Positions 40,665-49,559 of a DNA stretch of 64,000 bases are shown piece after piece. The notes under the pieces were generated by a model. That model was given only the letters and a program-made list of their open reading frames with translations, had not been told where the DNA came from and searched no databases. Position numbers and translations under genes: made by a program. How positions within the stretch are numbered: position 1 is the first letter of the stretch; every line of letters starts with the position of its first letter. The stretch covers positions 1 through 64,000 of IMG/VR virus record IMGVR_UViG_3300028376_000003. One strand, given 5' to 3'. The DNA is from a virus.

Positions 40665-41588
40665 TTATTCTATTATTTTATATTTTTTTTTAATTTTATC
40701 CAAATTAGGCATCTCTAAATCGTTATCTCTAATGAATGTTTGAAGTCTATCTAACATAACAGTATCTCTGTTTCTAACTATTTCATAGTCTATAAAATCT
40801 TCTATCATAAAAGTATCCGCTTTATTAATAAAAGTGTTTAGTAATAGATGTACTGGATTCCTGTATATATATATTGTTCCATTTACTTCTGATATGTGTT
40901 CTAAATCTTTTAATTTATTAAAAGAACAATTAAAATTACCACCCACTGTCTGTGGGCCACTTTCTAATGTTTTTAAGTTATTTCCACTACAATTAAAATC
41001 CCCCTCTACTTTTTGTGGGCTACCATTCAATGATTTTAATTTTTTATTATAAGAGCAATCAAAATACTTACCTGCTGTTTGTGGACAACCTTCTAATGTT
41101 GTTAATTCATTGCTAGAACAACCAAAACCCCCAGTTACTGTTTGTGGACAACCTTCTAATGATTGTAGTTCATTATGGCTACAATTAAAATTCCCCTCTA
41201 TTGTTTGTGGACAACCTTCTAATGATTGTAGTTCATTATGGCTACAATTAAAATTCCCCTCTATTGTTTGTGGACAACCTTCTAATGATACTAGTTTATT
41301 ATATTCACAATCAAAAACACCACCTACTGTATGTGGACAACCTTCTAATGTCTTTAATTTATTATGAGAACAATCAAAATTACCACTCACATAATTAAAT
41401 TTAAGAGGTAGATATTTTAAGCCTTTTTTATCTAAATATACATAACTACCAACATCAATACTTAAATCATCATTAATGGTATATCTTGTTATATGATACT
41501 TTTCACACACTTGCATAACTTCTTCCCTAGTAGTTGGAAATTTAGGACTATTGCTCTCGAATATTTTATAAGTTTTTATATGTTTCAT
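40665..41588 (-). CDS. LRR-like 21-aa repeat protein (8 repeats)
   Basis: Paralog; perfect 63-bp tandem duplication. Confidence 0.8.
   Translation of the reverse strand: MKHIKTYKIFESNSPKFPTTREEVMQVCEKYHITRYTINDDLSIDVGSYVYLDKKGLKYLPLKFNYVSGNFDCSHNKLKTLEGCPHTVGGVFDCEYNKLVSLEGCPQTIEGNFNCSHNELQSLEGCPQTIEGNFNCSHNELQSLEGCPQTVTGGFGCSSNELTTLEGCPQTAGKYFDCSYNKKLKSLNGSPQKVEGDFNCSGNNLKTLESGPQTVGGNFNCSFNKLKDLEHISEVNGTIYIYRNPVHLLLNTFINKADTFMIEDFIDYEIVRNRDTVMLDRLQTFIRDNDLEMPNLDKIKKKYKIIE
41139..41289. repeat. Perfect 63-bp coding tandem repeat (about 2.4 copies)
   Basis: Units start at 41139, 41202 and 41265. Confidence 0.9.
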
Positions 41589-41590
41589 GT

Positions 41591-41812
41591 TTATTTGGTT
41601 GTTTTATACAAATCTATTACTTGAGTTGATTTAACAACCTCATCAGGAGCATTCCTTATTTTTGATTCTTTTATATCATGTGAAATCCTAAGTTTTCTTT
41701 TAGTTATTTCCTCTAATATTTTAACTGGTGTTACCATATCATTGTACCAATATTCAATCAGTACAATGTCTCCAACTTTATAGAATGATTTGTATTCTAA
41801 GATATATTTCAT
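41591..41812 (-). CDS. Small SH3-like protein with MKYILEYKSF leader
   Basis: YKVGDIVLIEY; heads the LRR operon; TATATATA box 4 nt before the ATG. Confidence 0.55.
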   Translation of the reverse strand: MKYILEYKSFYKVGDIVLIEYWYNDMVTPVKILEEITKRKLRISHDIKESKIRNAPDEVVKSTQVIDLYKTTK

Positions 41813-41825
41813 GTACTATATATAA

Positions 41826-41851
41826 AAATCCCAATACAATGATTGGGATTT
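41826..41851 (-). terminator. phoH terminator merged with the next promoter
   Basis: AAATCCCAAT-N6-ATTGGGATTT; on minus the T-run continues into ATATATAG. Confidence 0.75.
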
Positions 41852-41855
41852 CCTA

Positions 41856-43631
41856 CTAAATGTCTTTTTTAAATCTATACTTATCATAGCGATTAGTTAG
41901 TTCAATTAAGAATTTATTCCTAACAATATCTTCGTTTAAAAATTCGAATGGGAATAGGTTACTCATACCACTAATCATTTCCATAAAATCATTATATCCA
42001 GAATCTCTTTTCCTAACATCATACTGTGAAGTATCTCCCATCATAACTGCCTTAGAATCAGTTCCTAATCTAGTTACCCATAGCATAAGTTGTTTTATCG
42101 TAACATTCTGACACTCATCTAATAACATTATACAATTATCATATGTTGATCCTCTCATATATGCTAATGGTTCAAATATAATCTCATCATTTTCAAATAA
42201 TTCATCTGTTGTTTCTTTACCTATTATCTTGACGAATGTTGTATAATAAGATTGCTTATAAGGTTGTAGCTTCTCATCCTTATCACCAGGCAAAGCACCT
42301 AAGTTTTCACCACTCTCTTGTATGGGTTTAGTGATTATAATGGTCTCTATTTTCTTATCAGCTAGAAGTCCTAATGCTGCATAACAGGTGGTAAATGTAT
42401 TGTGTGTGACTATATAATCATTGGTTAGATATAGACTTGACTCGCTATCGACCTTTATACACTGTGCTTCTTTTTTGCCTATTAACTTAGCACCAACGAT
42501 GTGCCTACGTGGTATGTATTTAGTTTTAGGAACTACCAAATCCTTCTTTCTTTTAAGTTTAAAAGGATTTATATTTGGATTCATTTTTATTGAAATTGTA
42601 TAAGCCAATCTACCTGTTTTTAGTTCCCCATTGTATGTATATTTATTATAAACTGGTGTGTGGTAAGTCCCTGTACCACCTAGTGATTGAACTAATTCAA
42701 TAACATCAGCGGTTAACTTTTTAGATGTTGATGTAAATGATACATAAAATCCATCTTTACTCACTGTTCCATCAGTATCCATAAGACCTCTTAATAGTTC
42801 TATTCTATTGGTTATAGAGTTAAATTTATAGCAATTAGGTATAAATTTTTGATAACTTAATTTACCAAATAATCCTATCTTAATGAGATACTGCTTATAT
42901 CTATTCTTATATTCAGATATGTTTTTAGTAATACAATAATCAATATCATTTCTCTTAACTAAATTCATGCCATCATCAATAGAATTTTTTATAGTTTCTA
43001 TTATTTCTGAATCCACAGAAGTAAATCCTATACTTCCTCTTAGACAACCATCTCCAATTAAACATCCAATAACATATGGATCAATATCAATATCTATCTT
43101 GTTAAATTCTACTGGCTCAGTTATAGGTATAGTGTGGTTTATTCTATTTCTCTTTGTATATAATGTCTCCACAATTTCAGTTGTCGTTTTTACAGTACCA
43201 TCTAACGGTGATTTATACCTTTTCCTTATACCATTTGTTGTTTTTGTCCACTTCCTATAGCTTCTATCTTTTTCAGTTTGGGTTAACCATAAATGATCTC
43301 CACAACATTCAGTTTTAGTTCCATCAGAAAATGATATTTCCCATATTTCCTTTTTACCTTGTGGGAATATACCAATAACTCTAGTAGGTTTCCCATCCTT
43401 AGAAATAACATTATCATTTAATTTTAAATCTCCCATTCTAGACCACCCATTTGGTGTTAGTACAGGAGTTTCCATAGGTTGTGCTTTACTAGTACCTGCT
43501 GGACCGTGTACTGTAGTAAGTATATTATTTCTAATACCTTTGTATAATTTGTCTTGTTTAATACTTAACTCTACACCACTTTTAGTAAACTGTTGTTTGT
43601 TTAATGAATTCTTTTTTTTAGATTTTCCCAT
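41856..43631 (-). CDS. phoH: PhoH-family ATPase interrupted by an intein
   Basis: GPAGTSK|T, LGALPGD, PLAYMRG, DECQN, TRLG, GDTSQYD, DIVRN. Confidence 0.9.
   Translation of the reverse strand: MGKSKKKNSLNKQQFTKSGVELSIKQDKLYKGIRNNILTTVHGPAGTSKAQPMETPVLTPNGWSRMGDLKLNDNVISKDGKPTRVIGIFPQGKKEIWEISFSDGTKTECCGDHLWLTQTEKDRSYRKWTKTTNGIRKRYKSPLDGTVKTTTEIVETLYTKRNRINHTIPITEPVEFNKIDIDIDPYVIGCLIGDGCLRGSIGFTSVDSEIIETIKNSIDDGMNLVKRNDIDYCITKNISEYKNRYKQYLIKIGLFGKLSYQKFIPNCYKFNSITNRIELLRGLMDTDGTVSKDGFYVSFTSTSKKLTADVIELVQSLGGTGTYHTPVYNKYTYNGELKTGRLAYTISIKMNPNINPFKLKRKKDLVVPKTKYIPRRHIVGAKLIGKKEAQCIKVDSESSLYLTNDYIVTHNTFTTCYAALGLLADKKIETIIITKPIQESGENLGALPGDKDEKLQPYKQSYYTTFVKIIGKETTDELFENDEIIFEPLAYMRGSTYDNCIMLLDECQNVTIKQLMLWVTRLGTDSKAVMMGDTSQYDVRKRDSGYNDFMEMISGMSNLFPFEFLNEDIVRNKFLIELTNRYDKYRFKKDI
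42399..43484 (-). mobile_element. Class 3 intein (362 aa) with LAGLIDADG homing endonuclease
   Basis: Starts AQP, ends THN|T; W in block B (DHLW), C in block F (AQCI), T in block G; IGCLIGDG and LRGLMDTDG. Confidence 0.9.
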
Positions 43632-43731
43632 TCACCTTTTATTTTTATATATTAAAAATGTTACTCATCACTAACCTAGAACTAACTCTATTTAATATAT
43701 AATAACAATAAAAGTACTATAAATTCTATAA

Positions 43732-43956
43732 ATGGAAACAACAGAACAAATAGAAGATTTAATTTATGATTTGGTTTTCTCTAGAAATCAAGAATATAAA
43801 ATTGATGTGTCCGAATATATTTATGATATATACGAATATGATATTTTTATAAAAAGTATCAAAGAAATATTAAAAAAATCTAAAGTTTCTATTATAAATA
43901 GTAATATCAACCTTAATAGCAAAACAGTTATATGGGAATTAAAAGTTAAAAGATAA
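43732..43956 (+). CDS. Small hypothetical late protein
   Basis: AATATATA at 43694-43701; coupled to the next gene. Confidence 0.55.
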   Translation: METTEQIEDLIYDLVFSRNQEYKIDVSEYIYDIYEYDIFIKSIKEILKKSKVSIINSNINLNSKTVIWELKVKR

Positions 43957-43957
43957 T

Positions 43958-46900
43958 ATGTGGGAATATAACAAAATAGAAGATAAATGGTTTAGTAAGA
44001 AAGATACTTTAATTCATGACAATTATGAATTTTTAAAACAAGAACAAGAAAGTGTTAGGTTTTATTCAAATTGTCTAAGTGGTGCTACTTATATACCATT
44101 TAATGATGAAGATAATATATATGATATACTATCAAATAGAAGATATAAGACATGGTATATTGATCCAAGTGTTTCTGATTATGTTAGCACATTAGTACCA
44201 CCTAGGTATCCCATGCCTATAAATAGGGATACTGCATATGAATTTTATACAAAGAATTTATCAGAATATGGACTTACTCTAAAAAACCTTTTCACACCAG
44301 AGAAAATAATAGGAGAATCTTTTAATAGCTTCATATATGTTGACTTGGCAACAACAGATGATATACTAGACTTAAGTGCAAATCTTGGAGATACTAAAAT
44401 AGATGGTGTTAGAGTTTTAGAAGGACATAGAGTACTTGTAAAAGACCAAAAGAAAACTATTATATTACAAATAACAACAAATCCAGATGATTTCTTCGAA
44501 GGAAATTATACTGTAGTAGATACATTGGGTACTAATACTACTTATGAGTATTTTGATGAAAGGAATGGTATATATTTGGTAAAAAATGATAGGCTTGTTA
44601 AAGAAGATGATTTAGACGATTATCAGAAGTGTATTAGATATAGTGTAAGTGTTAAATTAGGTTTAGTGAATAAAGATAAACAGTTTCATCTGTCTAGGTT
44701 ATCTAATGGATATTATCCAACAACTAGATTTAATGAGCCTATTGAATTTGTTCAAAAAGAAAATAAACTACTTAGAAATCAATTAGATTATAATAACATA
44801 GCCGATTTAAATTATTACGACCTTTTAAAACACGGAACACAATCGTATGAGTTTAACGAAACCAATTACTCAATACCAGAGAGGATAATATCTGTTGGAG
44901 AATTTGGATCTATTATAAATAATCAAGACGGTAGAAGCAATATAATAAGAAATAAGTTTAAAGTAGATTTGAAAAGTATATCACAGACTACATTATATTA
45001 TTGGATAGTGGGTAATAAGGGTAATCTATTAAGAACTAGGAAACACGATTTTGAAGTAGATAAAATAGAGTTAATAAAATCTAATACACAAGTCGTGAGT
45101 AATTTAAATTCTATATCATTCTTTAATGATCTTAATGGTGTTTTGGTTGGTGATAATAATACAATATTTATAACATCTAATGGTGGCAAGGATTGGATAC
45201 CATTTGATGTTAAGGCTTTTCAATCATTTAATTTTAACAAAGTTATCTTTTATAATACAAATAAGATATTTATAGGTGGGGATAATGGCGTGTTTTTAGA
45301 GATTAAGAACGATGGTGATAAATGGACGGCATTCAAGAGGAGGATATCCAAATTTTTAGATGAAGATGATGAGTTTTTATTAGTTGATAATATAAATGAT
45401 ATAATCATAACAACCGTTGATAATTGGAATCCATTTTATACATCGTTCAATGCTTCTGAGTCTAATATAACTATAACTGATAGTCCGAAGGAACTAGTTA
45501 TAATAGTTACCAATGATAGTAATATAATATTTTATGATATAAATGAATCTATACCACTTGATACTGATTTTTTATTTATGGAGTTTAAGGACAAAAACTA
45601 CGGGGATATAGTAAATATTGAGAGAAAGGAAGGTACTAATACTTTTTATTTTGTTGGTTTTAATCAAGAAACAGATAGTAATGGTATATTTTCATTCAGT
45701 TTAGATGATTTCAATTCTATAGGAGTTGGAACACGCTTTGATAATAGGTCTATAACTGCAACTAATGCTAACTTTGTTTCTGAACTATATCCAAATAAGT
45801 TATTTGACTTTGGGGGTAACGAAATAGTTATATGTGGTAATAATTCTTTACTTAGTAGTTCTGATTATAATACCTTAGTATTTGAGGATATAGATGATAC
45901 ATTCTTGAACAAGTTAAAGTCAAAGATGTTATTCCTAGATTATGATATTGCTAGTAAATTAAACTTTTTCACAGACGATGGTGAATACAGACTACCAGAA
46001 TCTATAGAAATAAGCTATGATTCTATCAGTGGTAGTATAGAGTTTTCGTCCTTTGAAAATGAGACTAACTGGATAGATTATTGGAAAGATAGTACATCAA
46101 CATTCGAACACTATACTAACTCACCAATGACAGACACAACCAAAGTGGAATTTTCGTCTAAATTTACTAAAACAGAAGAAAATGTACAAAGGTTTATAAA
46201 AGGGATTTCTACATCAGATGATGATTTATTAAAATTATCACCAAGTCTATACAATGATAAATTTAGTAGATTTAGTTCAATTTCACAACCACAAGTGTCT
46301 AGACCACTTGATTCTGCTATAAACATATATCTTGGTAGTTATTTAATGGTTATAAAATATAGTAATTTAAGTGATATACCAAGTAAGGGCGATATCATAA
46401 ATGTAGAAACAAATTTTCTAAATGAAAACTTTATGGTTAATAAAACTGTTGTGTTTTTAGATAATACATTTGTATATCTATATACAGAGTTTAACCAATC
46501 TATTATTAATATGTTTAAAAATTCAGAGATTAAAATAACTAATTTAAACAGATTTAATTCTAGAGATTCACTTGTATCTAATTTTAAAAAACATCCATTA
46601 TATAAGGGATATGATATAATACTTAACAATAATGGTGTAATAAATTTTAGACCTAAATTCAATAACATAACATCATATTATAATATGACTACATCACTTA
46701 ATCTTAATGATGGTGAGGAAACATTTACAATGGAATATAAAAATTCATTTTTGAAATTTGGTTACACACCAACTTATAATTTATTAGACTATTTAGAGTC
46801 TATTAATGATATAAATACAGTAAATCCTAGATTCTTCCCAACAAAGGAATATTACTCTATGCCCGTTTATAGTAACATACCAGTCTCTGCAAATGATATA

Positions 46901-49060
46901 AATTCTATTTATATTGACTATAATATAAAGAAGAATAATAAATTAGTTTTTGGCTCTAATTTAGAATTTGAATGGAAGAGTATTTTTTTAAATACCTTTG
47001 TTAATATAAATTTATACCAAGACGAAGATTTATCTTCAAATGAACAGATGTTGGTTTTTGATAAATATTATGAACAAAGCACGGATACGTATATTATAGA
47101 GTTCCACAAAGAATTTATTTACCCAAATGAAAACCAAGTTAATCCACTAACCTCAATTGATATAGAGTCAAGAAGATCACTAGAGGTTATAAGTAGTGAT
47201 TTACAGTTATTGAATAATATACAAAGGTCATATTCTACTAAGAAGTATAAATCTGGGACTTTTGATTCTGGTCAGATTTGGGATGTAGAATATGAAAATC
47301 TAAATAAAAAATTAAATTTCAAAGTAAATACTGATTCCTATGCTAAAATATTATTATCAGACTTTACGACTAATAATTCTATAAGTGGTATAGTCTATAC
47401 TGATTTTAAAAATGAATTAGCACTCAATATAACTAGATTAGAGGAAAGAGTAACTGTTCCAATATTGAATACAAGTGAGTTTCAGAATAAATTATATGTT
47501 TCTTGTTCACAAAAGCACGAACTTTCAAATGGGGATGGTGTTATATTAGATTTTAATGGTGGTGATGGATCATCAGAAGAACTTAATCCTCAGTATTTTG
47601 GATATAGAGTTGTTAATGTAATAAACGAATTTGACTTAGTCACTGATATAAATTATGGAAATAGGCCTTTAATTGGAACAGATACTGGGACTGTTAGATA
47701 TATTAGGAAAGATCCCTTTTTAAATTATCAACCAACAGACCTTATAGATGTTGGTGTTGATAAACTAGGTAAGGTGTCTATAGAATTGAATCCACAGAAC
47801 ACCACACTAGTTGGTAGTTTATATTCTCTATCAAACGTAGATTATAATAGATTCAGATTTAGATTAGTTGATGGTCTTGATGTTGAGACTTTAGCAAGAA
47901 ACTATTCATGGATTTATGAGAGTGAGATAAGCGATGCTGTTATTGGTCTTGATAATAATGGTCTAGTATGGTATAAAGGAAGATGGGAATGTGGTAGATG
48001 GTTTGGTGGTACGTGGATAAGTGGTACTTGGTTATCTGGAGATTGGTTTGATGGTATATGGAAGTCAAAAAATATAAAGGATAATTTTATAAATGTAACC
48101 ATTGATGCAAACTCTGATAACAATATTAGTTCGGTATGGAATACTGGTAGATGGTTTGGTGGTACTTGGGAAAATGGTACTTGGAATACTGGTAGATGGT
48201 ATGATGGAAAGTGGATAAACGGACAATGGTTTGACGGTCTCTGGAATGGTGGTACTTGGGAAAATGGTATATTTACAAGTGGTATATGGATAGATGGTAC
48301 TTGGAATAATGGAAGGTTTAGCACAGATAACGGACCAGCTTATTGGTTAGGTGGTACTTGGAATGGTGGAGATTTTGATAATGGAATTTGGTTTAATGGT
48401 GTTTTTGATGAAAAAAACGGTGTTGAGTCAAGATTTGGTGTTAAATCATATAATAGTAGAGCCTCTATTTGGAAGTCTGGTAAATTTATCAATGGAACCT
48501 TTCATTCTAGATTAAATATTGACACTAATGGTAATTATGATGTATCAGAAGTACATAAATACTCTATATGGGAGACAGGAACTTGGTTTAGTGGGGGATT
48601 TTATGGTGGCGTTGCTTATAATATAGACTTTAGGTCTGGTGTGTGGTATGGTGGAATTGTAGAGGATATTAACATTGTTGGTATTAATATAGAAAATAAC
48701 TACATAACTATTGATAAGCCTTATAGTTATAATATAGGGGATCAAATAACTATTATTGCAGATAAAACATCATCTTTTAGTAGTATATCTAGAAAAATTG
48801 ATATATATAATCTAGGAACTAATGAAGAGCCTGGTATATATTCTGTTGTAAATACTATTCAAAATGAAAATACCAGTGATATATATCTTGATATAAATAT
48901 ACAAGACACTGTAAATGAACAAAACTTAGATTTTAGGTCGGTTAGTAGGTTTAGGAATGCAGATTGGAGAAGTGGTCTTTGGTTTAATGGATTATTTGAG
49001 AACGGTATATGGAAAGGTGGTGTGTGGTATGATGGTGTATTTAGTGCAGACTGGTCATAA
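43958..49060 (+). CDS. Large virion (tail/baseplate) protein with BNR/Ycf48-like propeller and Trp-Gly pentapeptide repeats
   Basis: IDGVRVLEGHRVLVKDQ...NGIY; TSNGGKDW; many GxWxx repeats near the C-terminus. Confidence 0.65.
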   Translation: MWEYNKIEDKWFSKKDTLIHDNYEFLKQEQESVRFYSNCLSGATYIPFNDEDNIYDILSNRRYKTWYIDPSVSDYVSTLVPPRYPMPINRDTAYEFYTKNLSEYGLTLKNLFTPEKIIGESFNSFIYVDLATTDDILDLSANLGDTKIDGVRVLEGHRVLVKDQKKTIILQITTNPDDFFEGNYTVVDTLGTNTTYEYFDERNGIYLVKNDRLVKEDDLDDYQKCIRYSVSVKLGLVNKDKQFHLSRLSNGYYPTTRFNEPIEFVQKENKLLRNQLDYNNIADLNYYDLLKHGTQSYEFNETNYSIPERIISVGEFGSIINNQDGRSNIIRNKFKVDLKSISQTTLYYWIVGNKGNLLRTRKHDFEVDKIELIKSNTQVVSNLNSISFFNDLNGVLVGDNNTIFITSNGGKDWIPFDVKAFQSFNFNKVIFYNTNKIFIGGDNGVFLEIKNDGDKWTAFKRRISKFLDEDDEFLLVDNINDIIITTVDNWNPFYTSFNASESNITITDSPKELVIIVTNDSNIIFYDINESIPLDTDFLFMEFKDKNYGDIVNIERKEGTNTFYFVGFNQETDSNGIFSFSLDDFNSIGVGTRFDNRSITATNANFVSELYPNKLFDFGGNEIVICGNNSLLSSSDYNTLVFEDIDDTFLNKLKSKMLFLDYDIASKLNFFTDDGEYRLPESIEISYDSISGSIEFSSFENETNWIDYWKDSTSTFEHYTNSPMTDTTKVEFSSKFTKTEENVQRFIKGISTSDDDLLKLSPSLYNDKFSRFSSISQPQVSRPLDSAINIYLGSYLMVIKYSNLSDIPSKGDIINVETNFLNENFMVNKTVVFLDNTFVYLYTEFNQSIINMFKNSEIKITNLNRFNSRDSLVSNFKKHPLYKGYDIILNNNGVINFRPKFNNITSYYNMTTSLNLNDGEETFTMEYKNSFLKFGYTPTYNLLDYLESINDINTVNPRFFPTKEYYSMPVYSNIPVSANDINSIYIDYNIKKNNKLVFGSNLEFEWKSIFLNTFVNINLYQDEDLSSNEQMLVFDKYYEQSTDTYIIEFHKEFIYPNENQVNPLTSIDIESRRSLEVISSDLQLLNNIQRSYSTKKYKSGTFDSGQIWDVEYENLNKKLNFKVNTDSYAKILLSDFTTNNSISGIVYTDFKNELALNITRLEERVTVPILNTSEFQNKLYVSCSQKHELSNGDGVILDFNGGDGSSEELNPQYFGYRVVNVINEFDLVTDINYGNRPLIGTDTGTVRYIRKDPFLNYQPTDLIDVGVDKLGKVSIELNPQNTTLVGSLYSLSNVDYNRFRFRLVDGLDVETLARNYSWIYESEISDAVIGLDNNGLVWYKGRWECGRWFGGTWISGTWLSGDWFDGIWKSKNIKDNFINVTIDANSDNNISSVWNTGRWFGGTWENGTWNTGRWYDGKWINGQWFDGLWNGGTWENGIFTSGIWIDGTWNNGRFSTDNGPAYWLGGTWNGGDFDNGIWFNGVFDEKNGVESRFGVKSYNSRASIWKSGKFINGTFHSRLNIDTNGNYDVSEVHKYSIWETGTWFSGGFYGGVAYNIDFRSGVWYGGIVEDINIVGINIENNYITIDKPYSYNIGDQITIIADKTSSFSSISRKIDIYNLGTNEEPGIYSVVNTIQNENTSDIYLDINIQDTVNEQNLDFRSVSRFRNADWRSGLWFNGLFENGIWKGGVWYDGVFSADWS

Positions 49061-49088
49061 ACTAATTTTAAAAAATAATATATAGTAT

Positions 49089-49460
49089 ATGATAAAAAAA
49101 TGGACAGACTACATAAAGGAAGACATCAAACCAGACTTTGTTGCTGAAGATGATAAGTATTTAGAATTGATTGATAAAATAAAGGATATGATAGAGATAA
49201 CTGTTGAAAACAATGGTGGTGAGTATAGTACTTTTGTAGATTCGTACAATAAATCTCCCGAAGATTTTCAAATAGAAGGACTTATTAATGATTCTGATAT
49301 ATATGATTTTTATTTAATGTATAGAAATGATATAGATGAGGTTCTTAATGATATAAAATACTTTGATGAGATACCTACTGAAAATAACTCTTTCGGGTTG
49401 TATGAATATACATTAAATGGAACTAAAAGGACGATAACGGAAATAATTAAAATGTTGTAA
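49089..49460 (+). CDS. Small acidic protein with MIKKWTDYIKE leader
   Basis: AATATATA 4 nt before the ATG. Confidence 0.6.
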   Translation: MIKKWTDYIKEDIKPDFVAEDDKYLELIDKIKDMIEITVENNGGEYSTFVDSYNKSPEDFQIEGLINDSDIYDFYLMYRNDIDEVLNDIKYFDEIPTENNSFGLYEYTLNGTKRTITEIIKML

Positions 49461-49559
49461 GTGAATATTTTTATGAGCAGTGTCGTAAGTATGTAAAGTT
49501 TTGTGAGTAAAGAGGTACTAAAGAAATATATATACATTATAAAAACACAATTTAACTAA

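Noticed and set aside
41139-41289. CRISPR-like array
   Set aside because: Repeats are contiguous 63-bp in-frame coding units with no unique spacers.
39135-41588. Diversity-generating retroelement as the source of LRR variation
   Set aside because: No reverse transcriptase or non-coding template repeat in the window, and differences are not limited to adenines.
49461-49524. Possible small RNA in a slightly G-rich intergenic gap
   Set aside because: No convincing stem-loop or repeat found by eye.
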